The position numbers were made by a program, and so were the translations under genes. The notes beneath the pieces are model-generated. The model worked only from the letters and a program-made list of their open reading frames with translations, searched no databases and had not been told where the DNA came from. DNA of 20,000 nt from Chiloscyllium plagiosum (taxonomy: Eukaryota): positions 4,677,627 through 4,697,626 of the forward strand of contig NC_057720.1 of NCBI RefSeq assembly GCF_004010195.1. The letters are read 5' to 3'. How positions within the stretch are numbered: position 1 is the stretch's first letter; each line of letters opens with the position of its first letter. Below are positions 1-9,727 of the stretch, piece after piece.

Positions 1-485
1 AGCACCATTTGTCCCATTTTCTCATGACAAAATCACTTCAAGTCCATCTGGGCTTCAGCTAGTAGGCGCTTTTGTGTGGTCACATCATTAATTCCACACA
101 GCAAGTGGGTCACTCAGCATCTCACTTAGGGTTAAGATAAAATTACATATCTCTGCCAGCCATTTTAAACTCATCAAAAATTCAGATACAGATTCTCCTC
201 GAACTGCTGAGTAAAACCGATAGCGTTTCAGAATTAGAGAAGGCTTGGGCCATAATATTCCTTAGCTTCAACTCTGGAAAGGTTTTAGCATCTGGTGCCT
301 CAGGGAAAGTTAGTCTTCTAATAACTGAAAAGGCTGCGGGGCCACAAGCTGTCAGGACAATCACTCGTTGCTTTTCATCTGCCCAATCGTCAGTTGGAAA
401 GAATAATGAAGTCTTTCCAGATCCTGGACCCAGTTTTTGACAATCTTCACTTGAATCAGTCAAGCGTCCGAAATAACGGAATGAT
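1..485 (-). mobile_element. Degenerate gag of a Ty3/Gypsy-type LTR retrotransposon (frameshifted, runs off window start)
   Basis: Minus-strand translation gives DEKQRVIVLTACGPAAFSVIRRLTFPEAPDAKTFPELK. After frameshifts it reads LSEMLSD...CGINDVTTQKRLLAEAQMDLK, resembling the gag 'LRDRLVCGI' region. Confidence 0.75.
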
Positions 486-844
486 GGTTGAGGTATTAAT
501 GCCATGCAAATACATGGAAATAAAGTAGTCACCAAAGATTATGATGATTCAGATGTTGCTTTTTTAAGTTGAGAGAGAAACTGCAGAGTTTTCCCAACAT
601 CAAGCTCCTGATTTTCTTTTCCTTCTTGCCATGCTTTCTGAATTTTTTTCCCATTGTCCACATGACACCAGGAAGGGGAACATTTCAGCCAGAACCACAA
701 TTTTGGTGAAGACATTTGATATGTAAGCCTTTTATTCATTTCGTGAGAATGTCCAGAAAAGGTTAAATGTTCCAGAAGTTGGAATAAAAAAGGTGGAAAT
801 TACCTTGAGAGTGCTTCTCCAAGAAGCTAAAGAACGACCATCGT

Positions 845-1005
845 GCACATCATCTCAGCTCCAGCACATCTCCGTAGGGGGTCCTCAGGGCAGTGTCTTA
901 GGCTCAACCATCTCCAGTCACTTCATCAATGACCTTCCCTCCATTATACAGTTAGAATGGGGATATTCACACAATGTCTAGCACCAAATATTCCTCAGCT
1001 ACTGT
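845..1005 (+). mobile_element. Short RT fragment of older LINE family B (CR1/L2-like)
   Basis: GGPQGSVLGSTISSHFINDLPSII is a degenerate GVPQGSVLGP...FINDL RT motif. GACCTTCCCTCCAT matches GACCTTCTCTCTAT at ~6692. Confidence 0.7.
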
Positions 1006-1015
1006 TCAAATATTG

Positions 1016-1558
1016 GGGTGGCATGGTGGCTCAGTGATTAACACTGTTGCCTCACAGATCCAGGGACTCAGATTAGCTTCCACCCTTTGGTAACTGTGTG
1101 GACAAAATCAGAAGTCACATGACATCATGTTATAGTCCAACAAGTTTATTTGAAGTCACCTCTCCACCTGATGAATGGTCAGCGCTCCAAAAACTTGTAT
1201 TTCAAATAAACCTGTCGGACTGTAACCTGGTGTTTTGTGACTTCTGACTTTGTCCAACCCAGTTCAACGCCAGCAGCTCCACATCACATCACATCTGTGT
1301 GGAGTTTGCACATTCTCCCCGTGTCTGCGTGGGTTTCCTCCGCGTGCTCCGGTTTCCTCCCACAGTCCAAAGATGTGCAGGTCAGGTGGATTGGTTGTGT
1401 TAAGTTGCCCCATAGTGTGCAGGGATACTAGGTGGATTAACCATGGGGAATACAGAGTTACAGGGATAGAGTCGGTCTGGGTGAGGTGCTCTTCGGAGGG
1501 TCAATTTGGATTTGCTGGGCTGATTAGCCTGCCTCCACACTGCAGGGATTCTGTGATT
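1016..1558 (+). mobile_element. tRNA-derived HE1/V-SINE-like SINE, interrupted by a PLE insert (1103-1294)
   Basis: A-box-like GGTGGCTCAGTGATTAAC and central domain TGTGTGGAGTTTGCACATTCTCCCCGTGTCTGCGTGGGTTTCCTCC, homologous to the copy at 4753-5044. It has a CR1-like tail and ends just upstream of the CTBS branch point. Confidence 0.85.
1103..1294 (+). mobile_element. Mini Penelope-like derivative with inverted arms, decayed hammerhead and (ACATC)n tail
   Basis: 9 bp TSD CTGTGTGGA at 1094-1102 and 1295-1303. Inverted repeat 1101-1154 vs 1201-1254 (46/54 matches). CTGATGA at 1168-1174, with GAAA decayed to AAAA. Confidence 0.75.
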
Positions 1559-1608
1559 GTCTCCTTACCCTTTGAACTGCACCTAACTCTTGTATGTTCT
1601 TCTGGCAG

Positions 1609-1812
1609 GATAAAGATGTTTACCATGAGGTCTGGTATGACGACCCAGACAGCCTTTCACTAAAGTCGTCTATTGTGAAGAAGTTAAAACTTGGTGGTAT
1701 CGGTGCCCAGTTTGGAAATAACCTCAACTACAGCGCGAATCCAACAGCAGCAATGCAAACTGAAGACATGTGGAATGCTCTCTGCCCGACCAGGTTAAAA
1801 TGGAGAACCTGA
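1609..1812 (+). CDS. CTBS: Terminal coding exon of di-N-acetylchitobiase (GH18) or a CTBS-like paralog
   Basis: DKDVYHEVWYDDPDSLSLKSSIVKKLKLGGIGAQFGNNLNYSANPTAAMQTEDMWNAL matches the recalled CTBS C-terminus (HQVWYDNPQSISLK...LRGIGMWNANCLDYS...QTEEMW). Branch point CCTAAC ~1582, acceptor ttcttctggcag at 1608 (phase 0), stop TGA 1810-1812. Synteny with SPATA1. Confidence 0.9.
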   Translation, partial: DKDVYHEVWYDDPDSLSLKSSIVKKLKLGGIGAQFGNNLNYSANPTAAMQTEDMWNALCPTRLKWRT

Positions 1813-3455
1813 ACCATTAATCTCCACACAATGTGAAATCTTTGATTTTCCAAGTAAATGTAACAAAAAGTGAGGTAGCTTCCAATATTAAGAAGTGAAA
1901 CAAAATAACGTGGATGTAAGGAACAGATTTCACATTCTATGTAATCTTTGAATTTCTTATTTTATGGAATTCAACTTAAATGGTGTGATTTGTGCAATAA
2001 GGGGTCTGGTTACATTGAGTACCTGCTTTAAGTTGTTCACAAATCTGTCTCAGTTTCATGTTGGCTCATAGCAGTGAAGATTAGAGTTTTTTGCCCTGGC
2101 CAAGATGGTCTTCAGCCGGTCAGGCAGCAGGCACTGAAGGGCACCATTGCCCCTTTGTAATGGTAACCCATGTTCTCAGGTGTATATTGAGATGGAACTT
2201 GGGTCCACCAGCTCAAAGAGTCTTTTAAGGATGTGATGAACACTACTTGATTGGAGTGCATTGATCGCCCAGATAATGATTTCGATTTGATAAGCTTCCG
2301 TTGACCATTTGATTTTTGTTGTAATGCCCCACTGTCTAACTTCTTCAAAGTTTTCTTTTTAAAAGAGTGGAACGTCTTGTCATTAAACTGTCACAGTTTA
2401 GAATTCATCTTGAAAAATATATATATTACTGAAGAGGTGGTGTTGGATGTCTTAAAACACAAAAAGGTGGTTAAATCCCCAGGACCTGATCAAGTGTATC
2501 TGAGATCTCTATGGGAAGCTAGGAGAGTGATTGCTGGACCCCTTTCTGAGATATTTTAGTCCCACGTGAGGTGCCGGAAGACTGGAGGTTGGCTAACATG
2601 GTGCCACTATTTAAGAAAGGTGGTAAGGAGAAGCCACAGAACTATAGACCAGTGAGTCTGACGTTGATGGTGGGCAAGTTGTTGGAGGGAATCCTGAGCG
2701 ACAGGATTTTGCATGCATTTGGAAACGCAAGGACTGATTAGGGATGGTCAACATGGCTTTGTGCATGAGAAATCGTGTCTCACTAACTTGATTGAGTTTT
2801 ATGAGGAAGCAACAAAGAGGATTGATGAGGGCAAAGTGGCAGATGTGATCTATATGGACTTCAGTAAGGCATTCAACAAGGTTTCCCATGGGAGACTGGT
2901 TAGCAAGGTTGGATCTCATGGAATACAGGGAGAACTAGCCATTTGGATACAATACTGGCTCAAAGGTAGAAGACAGAGGGTGGTAGTGGAGGGTTGTTTA
3001 GCAGGCGAGACCTGTGACCAGTGGAGTGCCACAAGAATCTGCTGGGTCCATGCTTTTTGCGTTTACATAAATGATTTGGATGTGAACATAGGAGGTATGG
3101 TTAGTAAATATGCAGATGACACCAAAATTGGTGATGTAGTGGACAGTGAAGATAGTTAACTCAGACGTCGATGGGATCTTGGTCAGATGAGCCAATGGGC
3201 TGAGGAACAGCAGATAGAGTTTAATTTAGATAAATGTGAGGTGTTGCACTTTGGAAAGGCAAATCAAGGCAGGATTTATATACTTAATGGTAAGGTCCTG
3301 GAAAGTGTTGCTGAACAAAGAGACCTTGGAGTGCAGGTACATAGCTCTGTGAAAGTGGAGTCGCGGGTAGACAGGAAAGTGAACAAGGCATTTGGTACGC
3401 TTGCCTTTATTGGTCAGTGCATTGAGTATAGGAGTTGGAAGGTCATGTTGTGGCT

Positions 3456-3488
3456 GTCCTGAAGAAGGGTTACACCCGAAATGTTGAC
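3456..3488 (+). ncRNA. Minimal type I hammerhead ribozyme motif
   Basis: GTC-CTGAAGA-A-GGGT(TAC)ACCC-GAAA-T-GTT-GAC: intact core, 4 bp stem II, 3 bp stem I (GTC/GAC), GUU cleavage triplet. Confidence 0.65.
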
Positions 3489-4022
3489 TTCACCTCCTGA
3501 TGCTGCCTGGCTTGCTGTGTTCCCCCAGCCTCCTACCCATCCCTCCTGATGCTGCCTGCCTTGCTGTGTTCCCCCAGCCTCCTGCCTGTCCCTCCTGATG
3601 CTGCCTGGCTTGCTGTGTTTCCCCAGCCTCCTGCCTGTCTCTCCTGATGCTGCCTGCCTTGCTGTGTTCTCCCAGCCTCCTGCCTGTCTCTCCTGATGCT
3701 GCCTGCCTTGCTGTGTTCTCCCAGCCTCCTGCTCATCCCTCCTGATGCTGCCTGCCTTGCTGTGTTCCCCCAGCCTCCTGCCTGTCCCTCCTGATGCTGC
3801 CTGGCTTGCTGTGTTCCCCCAGCCTCCTGCCCATCCCTCCTGATGCTGCCTGTCTTGCTGTGTTCCCCCAGCCTCCTGCCTGTCCCTCTTGATGCTGCCT
3901 GGCTTGCTGTGTTCCTCCAGCCTCCTGCCTGTCCCTCCTGATGCTGCCTGCCTTGCTGTGTTCCCCCAGCCTCATGCCTGTCTACTTTGGATTCCAGCTT
4001 CTGCCGTTTTTTTTGTCTCTAA
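3458..4022 (+). mobile_element. PLE 3' terminal fragment (HHR plus expanded minisatellite) inserted into CR1
   Basis: CR1 reading KVMLWL breaks at 3457 and resumes (KTLVR) at ~4024. The insert starts with an HHR motif and ends GATTCCAGCTTCTGCCGTTTTT, like other PLE ends here (TTTCCAGCATCTGCAGTC at 5261). Confidence 0.8.
3494..3983 (+). repeat. Minisatellite, 10 x 49 bp
   Basis: Unit ~CTCCTGATGCTGCCTGSCTTGCTGTGTTCCCCCAGCCTCCTGCCTGTCC starts at 3494, 3543, 3592, 3641, 3690, 3739, 3788, 3837, 3886 and 3935. No unique spacers. Confidence 0.97.
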
Positions 4023-4752
4023 CCAAGACATTAGTTAGGCAAATTCTGGAATACTGCATTAAGTACTGGCCTCCCTGCTGTCGAAAAGATGTTGTTAATT
4101 TGAGAGGACACAGAAACGATTTACAGGGATGTTGCCAGGGTTGGAGTATTTGAGCTATCGTGAGAGACTGAATAGACTGGGGCTATCTTCCCTGGAGCAT
4201 CGGTAGCTGAGGGATGATCTAATAGAAGTTAATAAAATCATGAGGGACCTGGATCAGGTGAATAGCCAAGGTCTTTTCCCTAGGGTAGAGGAGTCCAGAA
4301 CTAGAGGGCATAGGTTTAAGTTGAGAGGGGAAAGATATAAAAGGGACCTAAGGGGCAATTTTTTCACACAGACAGTGGTGCGTGTATGGAATGAGCTGCC
4401 AGAGGAAGTGATGGAGGCTGGTACAGTTATAGCATTTAAAAGGCATCTGGATGGGAGAATGAATAGGAAGGGTTTAGAGGGATATAGGTCAAGTGCTGGC
4501 AAATGGGACTAGATTAGGTTGGGATAACTGGTCAGCATGGACGAGTTGGACTGAAGGGTCTGTTTCCATGCTATACAGCTGTATGACTCTATATCAGATA
4601 ATAATCCAATTTTGACAGACACATTTGTGCTGTCCATGTTATGTACATCATAATTCCACCCAGCTATAATTCTTTCAGCTTTAGAATTTGAAATAGCTGC
4701 ACAGAGGCTGGTATCCCATCACCGAGTTACCCTTTATTTACATGAGAACAGT

Positions 4753-5044
4753 AGATTAGATTGCTTACAGTGTGGAAACAGGCTCTTCAGCCCAACAAGT
4801 CCACACTGACCCTCTGAAGAGCAATCCACCCAGACCTATTCCCCTACATTTACCCCTTCTCTAACACTATTGGCAATTTAGCATGGCCAATTCACCTGAC
4901 CTGCACGTTTTTGGACTGTGGGAGGAAACCGGAGCACCCAGAGGAAACCCACGCAGACACGGGGAGAATGTGAAAACTCCACACAGACAGGCGGGAATTG
5001 AACCCAGGACCCTGATGCTGTGAGGCAGCAGTGCTAACCACTGT
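4753..5044 (-). mobile_element. HE1/V-SINE-like SINE (slightly 5'-truncated)
   Basis: Minus strand: CAGTGGTTAGCACTGCTGCCTCACAG, B-box GGTTCAATTCC, the same central domain as 1295-1400, CR1-like tail ending (TCTAA)n. Confidence 0.9.
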
Positions 5045-5071
5045 ACGTGAGCTCTGACTAGCCAGCTCAGA

Positions 5072-5289
5072 TTCTGGATCAGTGGTGCTGGAAGAGCACA
5101 GCAATTCAGGCAGCATCCGAGGACAGGCAAAATCGACGTTTCGGGCAAAAGCCCTTCATCAGGATGAATGAAGGGCTTTTGCCCGAAACGTCGATTTTGC
5201 CTGTCCTCGGATGCTGCCTGAATTGCTGTGCTCTTCCAGCACCACTGATCCAGAATCTGGTTTCCAGCATCTGCAGTCATTGTTTTTAC
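5072..5289. mobile_element. Young ~220 bp palindromic Penelope-derived insert
   Basis: Perfect 92 bp inverted repeat 5068-5159 / 5168-5259 with 8 nt spacer. 14 bp TSD CTAGCCAGCTCAGA at 5058-5071 and 5290-5303. Arms are homologous to the terminus of the GIY-YIG-bearing copy at 10288-10385. Confidence 0.9.
5132..5165 (-). ncRNA. Minimal type I hammerhead ribozyme, intact core
   Basis: Minus strand ATC-CTGATGA-A-GGGC(TTTT)GCCC-GAAA-C-GTC-GAT: palindromic ACGT stem III, GUC triplet, stem I ATC/GAT. Confidence 0.8.
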
Positions 5290-5945
5290 CTAGCCAGCTC
5301 AGAGCCAGACCCTACAGTGAGCAGATTCCCTGGCACTCTTGTTTATTTTTCTTTTGTTTTGCCAGCCCTCAGAATCCCGACACTTTTTTTCTGAGTGAAC
5401 AGAACCTCTGCCACTCATGTTTATTTATTTATTTCCTTTTTTTTCTTTGCTTTTTCTTCTTTTTTAATTTTTTTTCTTTTTCCTTTTCCCACACTACCGC
5501 CTAACTGTGGTGCCACTCATGTTTATTTCTGTCAGCCAGGACTCCCTGATTGGCCCAGGTTAACAGACCCAATCAGGGATTTCACAGATAATGAGATCCA
5601 CCCAGCCAGCCTCATTACAATTACTACAGGACTGCTATACCTTTACATACTCTGATAATCTTTCAATTTTACATCTCCTTCAATTGCAGAGGAACGGAAT
5701 AAAATTGTCCACTGATTACTTTTTTAATATAATAATACAAAACACTAATCATGATTATTTAGCATTTTAATCTTCATGATGGATTTACAATTATCTATTT
5801 TTGACTGTTTCCAGGTTAAGTATTTATCCAAACATTGTTTTCAGTGCTCAATTGTGTTGCTTGAGGAATGTTGAAATTATGGAAATTATGCAAAATTTGT
5901 CCCGTTAGTACAGAGTTCCTGCAGCGCTAATCTCGGCTCATACAT

Positions 5946-6636
5946 CATAGAACGTAGAACATAGAAGAATACAGCGCAGTACAGGCCCTTCGGCCCTCGA
6001 TGTTGTGCCGATCCAAGCCCACCTAACCTACACTAGCACACTATCCTCCATATGCCTATCCAATGCCCGCTTAAATGCCCATAATGAGGGAGAGTCCACC
6101 ACTGCTACTGGCAGGGCATTCCATGAACTCACGACTCGCTGAGTAAAGAACCTACCCCTAACATCTGTCCTATACCTACCATCCCTTAATTTAAAGCTAT
6201 GCCCCCTTGTAATAGCTGACTCCATACGTGGAAAAAGATTCTCACTGTCGACCCTATCTAAACCCCTAATCATCTTGTACACCTCTATCAAGTCACCCCT
6301 AAACCTTCTTTTCTCCAATGAAAACAACCCCAAGTGCCTCAGCCTTTCCTCATACGATCTTTCTACCATACCAGGCAACATCCTGGTAAACCTCCTCTGC
6401 ACCCGTTCCAGTGCCTCCACATCCTTCCTATAGTATGGCGACCAAAACTGCACACAATACTCCAGATGCGGCCGCACCAGAGTCTTATACAACTGCAACA
6501 TGACCTCAGGACTCCGGAACTCAATTCCTCTACCAATAAAAGCCAGTACGCCATATGCCTTCCTCACCGCACTATTTACCTGGGTGGCAACTTTCAAAGA
6601 TCTGTGTACATGGACACCAAGATCCCTCTGCTCATC
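5946..6636 (-). mobile_element. Young 5'-truncated CR1 LINE with open ORF2 C-terminus
   Basis: Uninterrupted 189 aa ORF 6028-6597 (LYKTLVRPHLEYCVQFWSPYY...RFFTQRVVSSWNALP), CpGs retained, (TTCTATG)n-type tail at 5946-5966. Confidence 0.95.
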
Positions 6637-6689
6637 AGCATGGACAAGCTGGGCTGAAGGACCTGTTTCACTGAAATTATTTCAGAAGG

Positions 6690-8231
6690 TGGACCTTCTC
6701 TCTATCCTAAGGTCAGACGTGGGGATGTTTGCCAATGCTGAGGGGGTGATCTTGTTGAGATTTAAGGTAAAGATCAAAGGTCCTTTCTCTAAGGTGGGGG
6801 AGTTCAAAACTAGAGGTTATATTTTTAAGATGAGAGGAAAAATATCTAAAAGGACCTGAGGGCCAACGTTTTCACACAGAGGGTGGCATACTTGGAGCAA
6901 GCTGCCCAAAGACGAGGGAGATGAAGGTTCAGTTGCAATATTTGAAAGACCGTTAGACAGGTACATGGATAGGAAAGGTTTAGAGAGAATAATCTAATGC
7001 AGACACATGGGGCTGGAACAGTTTAAGAAACCTGATCAGCATGGACAAGCTGGGCTGAAGGACCTGTTTCCATGCTGTATGACTCTATGACTGCACAACG
7101 TTCAGCATCATTCACAACTCCTCCAATACTGAAGCAGTCCATGTTCAAATGCAACAAGATCTGAATAATATCCAGGCTTGGCTTGAAAAGAAACAAATCG
7201 CATATGCATCACACAAATGCCAGACAATGACCATGTCCAATAAGAGACAATCTAACTACTGCCTCATGACATTCAATGATGTTACCATCACTGAATTCCT
7301 GACTATTAACATCCTGGAGGTAACCATTGACCAGAAACTCAATTGGACTTGCCATATAAACACTATGAGAGCAGGTCAAAGGCTAGGAATACTGCAACAA
7401 GTAACTCACCTCCTGACTCTCCAAAACCATCCACAATGAATAAGTCAAAAGTGTGATGGAATTTTCCCCACTTGCCTGGATTCATGCAACTTCAATGAGA
7501 CTTAAGCTTTCATTTAATGCACTTGTGTGACTGGCTGGAACAGTATTATGGCCCATCCCTATTGAGAAGGTGGTGATGAGCTTTATTCTTCAATCTCTGC
7601 AGTCCCTGTGCTGTAGGTTGAGCCACAATGCCCTGAGGAAGGGAATTTCAGGAGTTTGAAGCACAATTCTGAAGGAACAGTGTGATATTGCCAAGTCAGG
7701 ATGGTGAGTGGCTCAAAGGGGAACATGTTCCCATATATCTGCTGTACTTATCCTTCTAAATGGAAGTGGTCATGCTGTCTGAAGATTTTTAGTAAATTTC
7801 TTGACACCATCCAAGGCAAAGTAGCCCACTCGATTAGCACCACATTCACAAGTATTCACTCCCTCCACCACCAACACTCAGTAGCAGCAGTGTGTGCTAT
7901 CTACAAGATGCACTACAGGAATTCATCAAAGATCCTCAGACAGTATCTTCCAAACCCATGAGCACTTCCATCTGGAAGGACAAGGGAAGCAGATACATGG
8001 GAACACCACCATCTGTAATTTCCCTCCAAGCTACTCATCATCCTGACTTGGAGATATATCACCGTTCCTTCACAGTTTCCAGGTCAAAATCCTGGATATC
8101 CCTCCCTAAGGGCTTCGTGGGATCTACCTACAGCACATGGACTGCAGTGGTTCAAGAAAGCAGCTTGCCCCCACCATCTTGAGGGGCAATTAGGGACGGG
8201 CAATAAATAGTGGCACAGCCGGCGACACCCA
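6690..8231 (+). mobile_element. Older LINE family B 3' part, split by a CR1 insert and by an inverted fragment of related sequence
   Basis: DLLSILRSDVGMFAN (6692-6737) continues as CTTFS...MQQDLNNIQAW..HKCQ..IDQKLNW from ~7091. 3' tail GGGCAATTAGGGACGGGCAATAAAT...GGCGACACCCA. Segment ~7510-7790 resembles the reverse complement of the tail region. Confidence 0.75.
6738..7092 (+). mobile_element. Diverged CR1 3' fragment
   Basis: KTRGYIFKMRG and TTTTCACACAGAGGGTGG, with tail CATGCTGTATGACTCTATGACT. Homologous to 4205-4592. Confidence 0.9.
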
Positions 8232-8472
8232 ATGGGCTGAGGAGTGGCAGATGGAGTTTAATTTTGGAAATGCAAATCGGAGCAGGACTTATACAGAAGA
8301 TAATACAGAACTTAATCAAAAGATAGATTTTTGAAATATTGAGGAGTTCTGAGGAGCTGGCACAAAAGATGAATTAAAACCCAGGGCAGAATAGTCATAA
8401 TCTTATCTAGTGACACAACAGGCATGAGGGGCTGAATGAACTGCCCCCACTCCTATTTCTTATGTTCTTATT
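8231..8472 (+). mobile_element. Small CR1 fragments (RT piece and a LINE 3' tail)
   Basis: TGGGCTGAGGAGTGGCAGATGGAGTTTAAT (WAEEWQMEFN, cf. 3196). Tail GGGCTGAATG...CTCCTATTTCTTATGTTCTTA. Confidence 0.6.
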
Positions 8473-8907
8473 TGCCTTAGCTAATTGTCTTCCCACCTCA
8501 TTGCAAATGCACAAAGCTCACCATTGAGGTTGGGTGATTGGGGATGGGCGAAGTTTTCATTTCATTTTGTTTGTATTTGTCAGTTGCCATGATCCACCAT
8601 GTGCGCAGGTTCCTGACTCTTGTCTCTAACGTTGCTGCAGCAGCATTTTCCTTGCCAATGTCTGCACGTGTCAGATCAGGTGGTGGTTAGCCAGGGGCAC
8701 CTCTCACTCTTCTGCCTGGGGCTGCCGAGGATGGACAGGCTACAGTTGCTTGATATCTGAAGCACCCAATCAGAAAGGGGTAGCTGGCAGCGAGAGAGAT
8801 GGAGATATCATGTGAAACATGATGGTCACTCCATTACCAACCTGGTCATGCCATCTTGGAGGGTGAGGCCATGCTGTGAGTGGAGGAGCTGCACTGACAT
8901 CTTCAGT

Positions 8908-9727
8908 TGTCAGCACAGTTTGCAGCTTGTGTTTTAGAAAAAGAGAACAAATAAATTGATATTTGTTTTTGAAGTTGAGACTGAAGGTTAATTGCAGGTT
9001 GTTTCTTATTAAAAGGTATTTTGTGAACACTTTTGACTCCACTGAGGTCTCACGTTGAAGCAGATTGAAGATGGTGAATGTAAACTAGGACCTCGTGGGA
9101 GACAGTCAGTCTGGAAGGGAGAGGTCAGGGTTTGAATTGGTTTTGTGACTGCGTTTGGGTGAGAAAGACTGCAGTTGCAAAAGCTACATGATGTAAGTTT
9201 GATTGCTCCCTCTCTTTATCAACTTATTGAACATTCAGAGATTAGAATCTCAGTTATGGAGCATATGGGAGTTACTTGCATGCACATGTTGTCAGAAACT
9301 AAGAACTAAGAATACAGTAATCCGATGTGCTGGTGATGTTACAGATCATGGAGTCTACTTTAGTGAACTGGCCAGTTGCAGCTCATTTACTTTTCCCTTT
9401 TGATTTATCCTTTCATGGTGTCTTTTTATCTGTTTGTCTTTCTGAGAAAGTGGAGGCTAAAATTATTCAGGATTGGGTTTAAACATTAGTCATTAATTAG
9501 ATTATTTTGTGGTTTAACCTTACACCTGTAAAGATGCTATATTGTTAAGAAACTGTTAAATTTCTTGTTTGAGCTACAAACCCAGTCTCTAGTATTGATT
9601 ATTCACCAAGTCTGGTACTAGCTATTCAAAAAGTCTGGCTAGGAGCCAATTTTTAACTTTACTATACTGTGAGTAGGGATACGGAAGCTGATTTGATTTG
9701 GCTGCCTATTCCCATGCTTTGACAACA
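8908..9727. mobile_element. Possible old solo LTR
   Basis: TGTCAG...ACAACA termini, flanks TCAGT/CCAAT (two transitions apart), non-coding. Weak support. Confidence 0.35.

Larger units (their letters stand above)
2405..4592 (+). mobile_element. 5'-truncated CR1 LINE (ORF2 RT pseudogene plus 3' UTR), interrupted at 3458-4022
   Basis: Motifs KSPGPD, QHGF..KSCLTNL, DVIYMDFSKAF, YINDLD, SKYADDTK, FNLDKC and RVWNELP, with several stops and frameshifts. 3' tail CTGTATGACTCTAT. Confidence 0.95.
4689..5628 (-). mobile_element. Solo LTR hosting a SINE, a palindromic PLE and T-rich internal duplications
   Basis: Minus strand reads TGTAGTAAT...AATAAA (4733-4738)...ATTTCA. Inverted CCAAT pair CCCTGATTGG/CCAATCAGGG at 5545-5578. 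Flanks GAATT/GGACT are only a weak TSD. Confidence 0.65.

Noticed and set aside
1594..1608. ATG start for a 72 aa stand-alone ORF
   Set aside because: The ATG lies in the polypyrimidine tract; homology begins after the AG at 1608.
2090..2300. Possible L1/Tx1-like 3' fragment or extra exon
   Set aside because: No convincing protein motif, splice pair or second copy in the window.
2713..3159. Reverse transcriptase of a retron, DGR or defence system
   Set aside because: Motifs and the downstream 3' UTR are typical CR1, and the frame is broken.
3494..3983. CRISPR-like periodic array and its repetitive ORFs (3533-3736, 3733-3975)
   Set aside because: Head-to-tail 49 bp units with no unique spacers, no cas genes and vertebrate context. 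The ORFs are by-products of the repeat.
4990..5044. tRNA gene suggested by Pol III boxes (also 1016-1085)
   Set aside because: These are SINE heads followed by the SINE central domain and tail, with no complete cloverleaf.
5068..5259. MITE/DNA transposon or pre-miRNA
   Set aside because: The inverted repeat is asymmetric (30 extra nt on one side), the TSD is 14 bp, and the arms match a GIY-YIG-linked PLE terminus.
6028..6597. 189 aa host or domesticated gene
   Set aside because: Ordinary CR1 ORF2 C-terminus with its own 3' UTR and tail, 5'-truncated.
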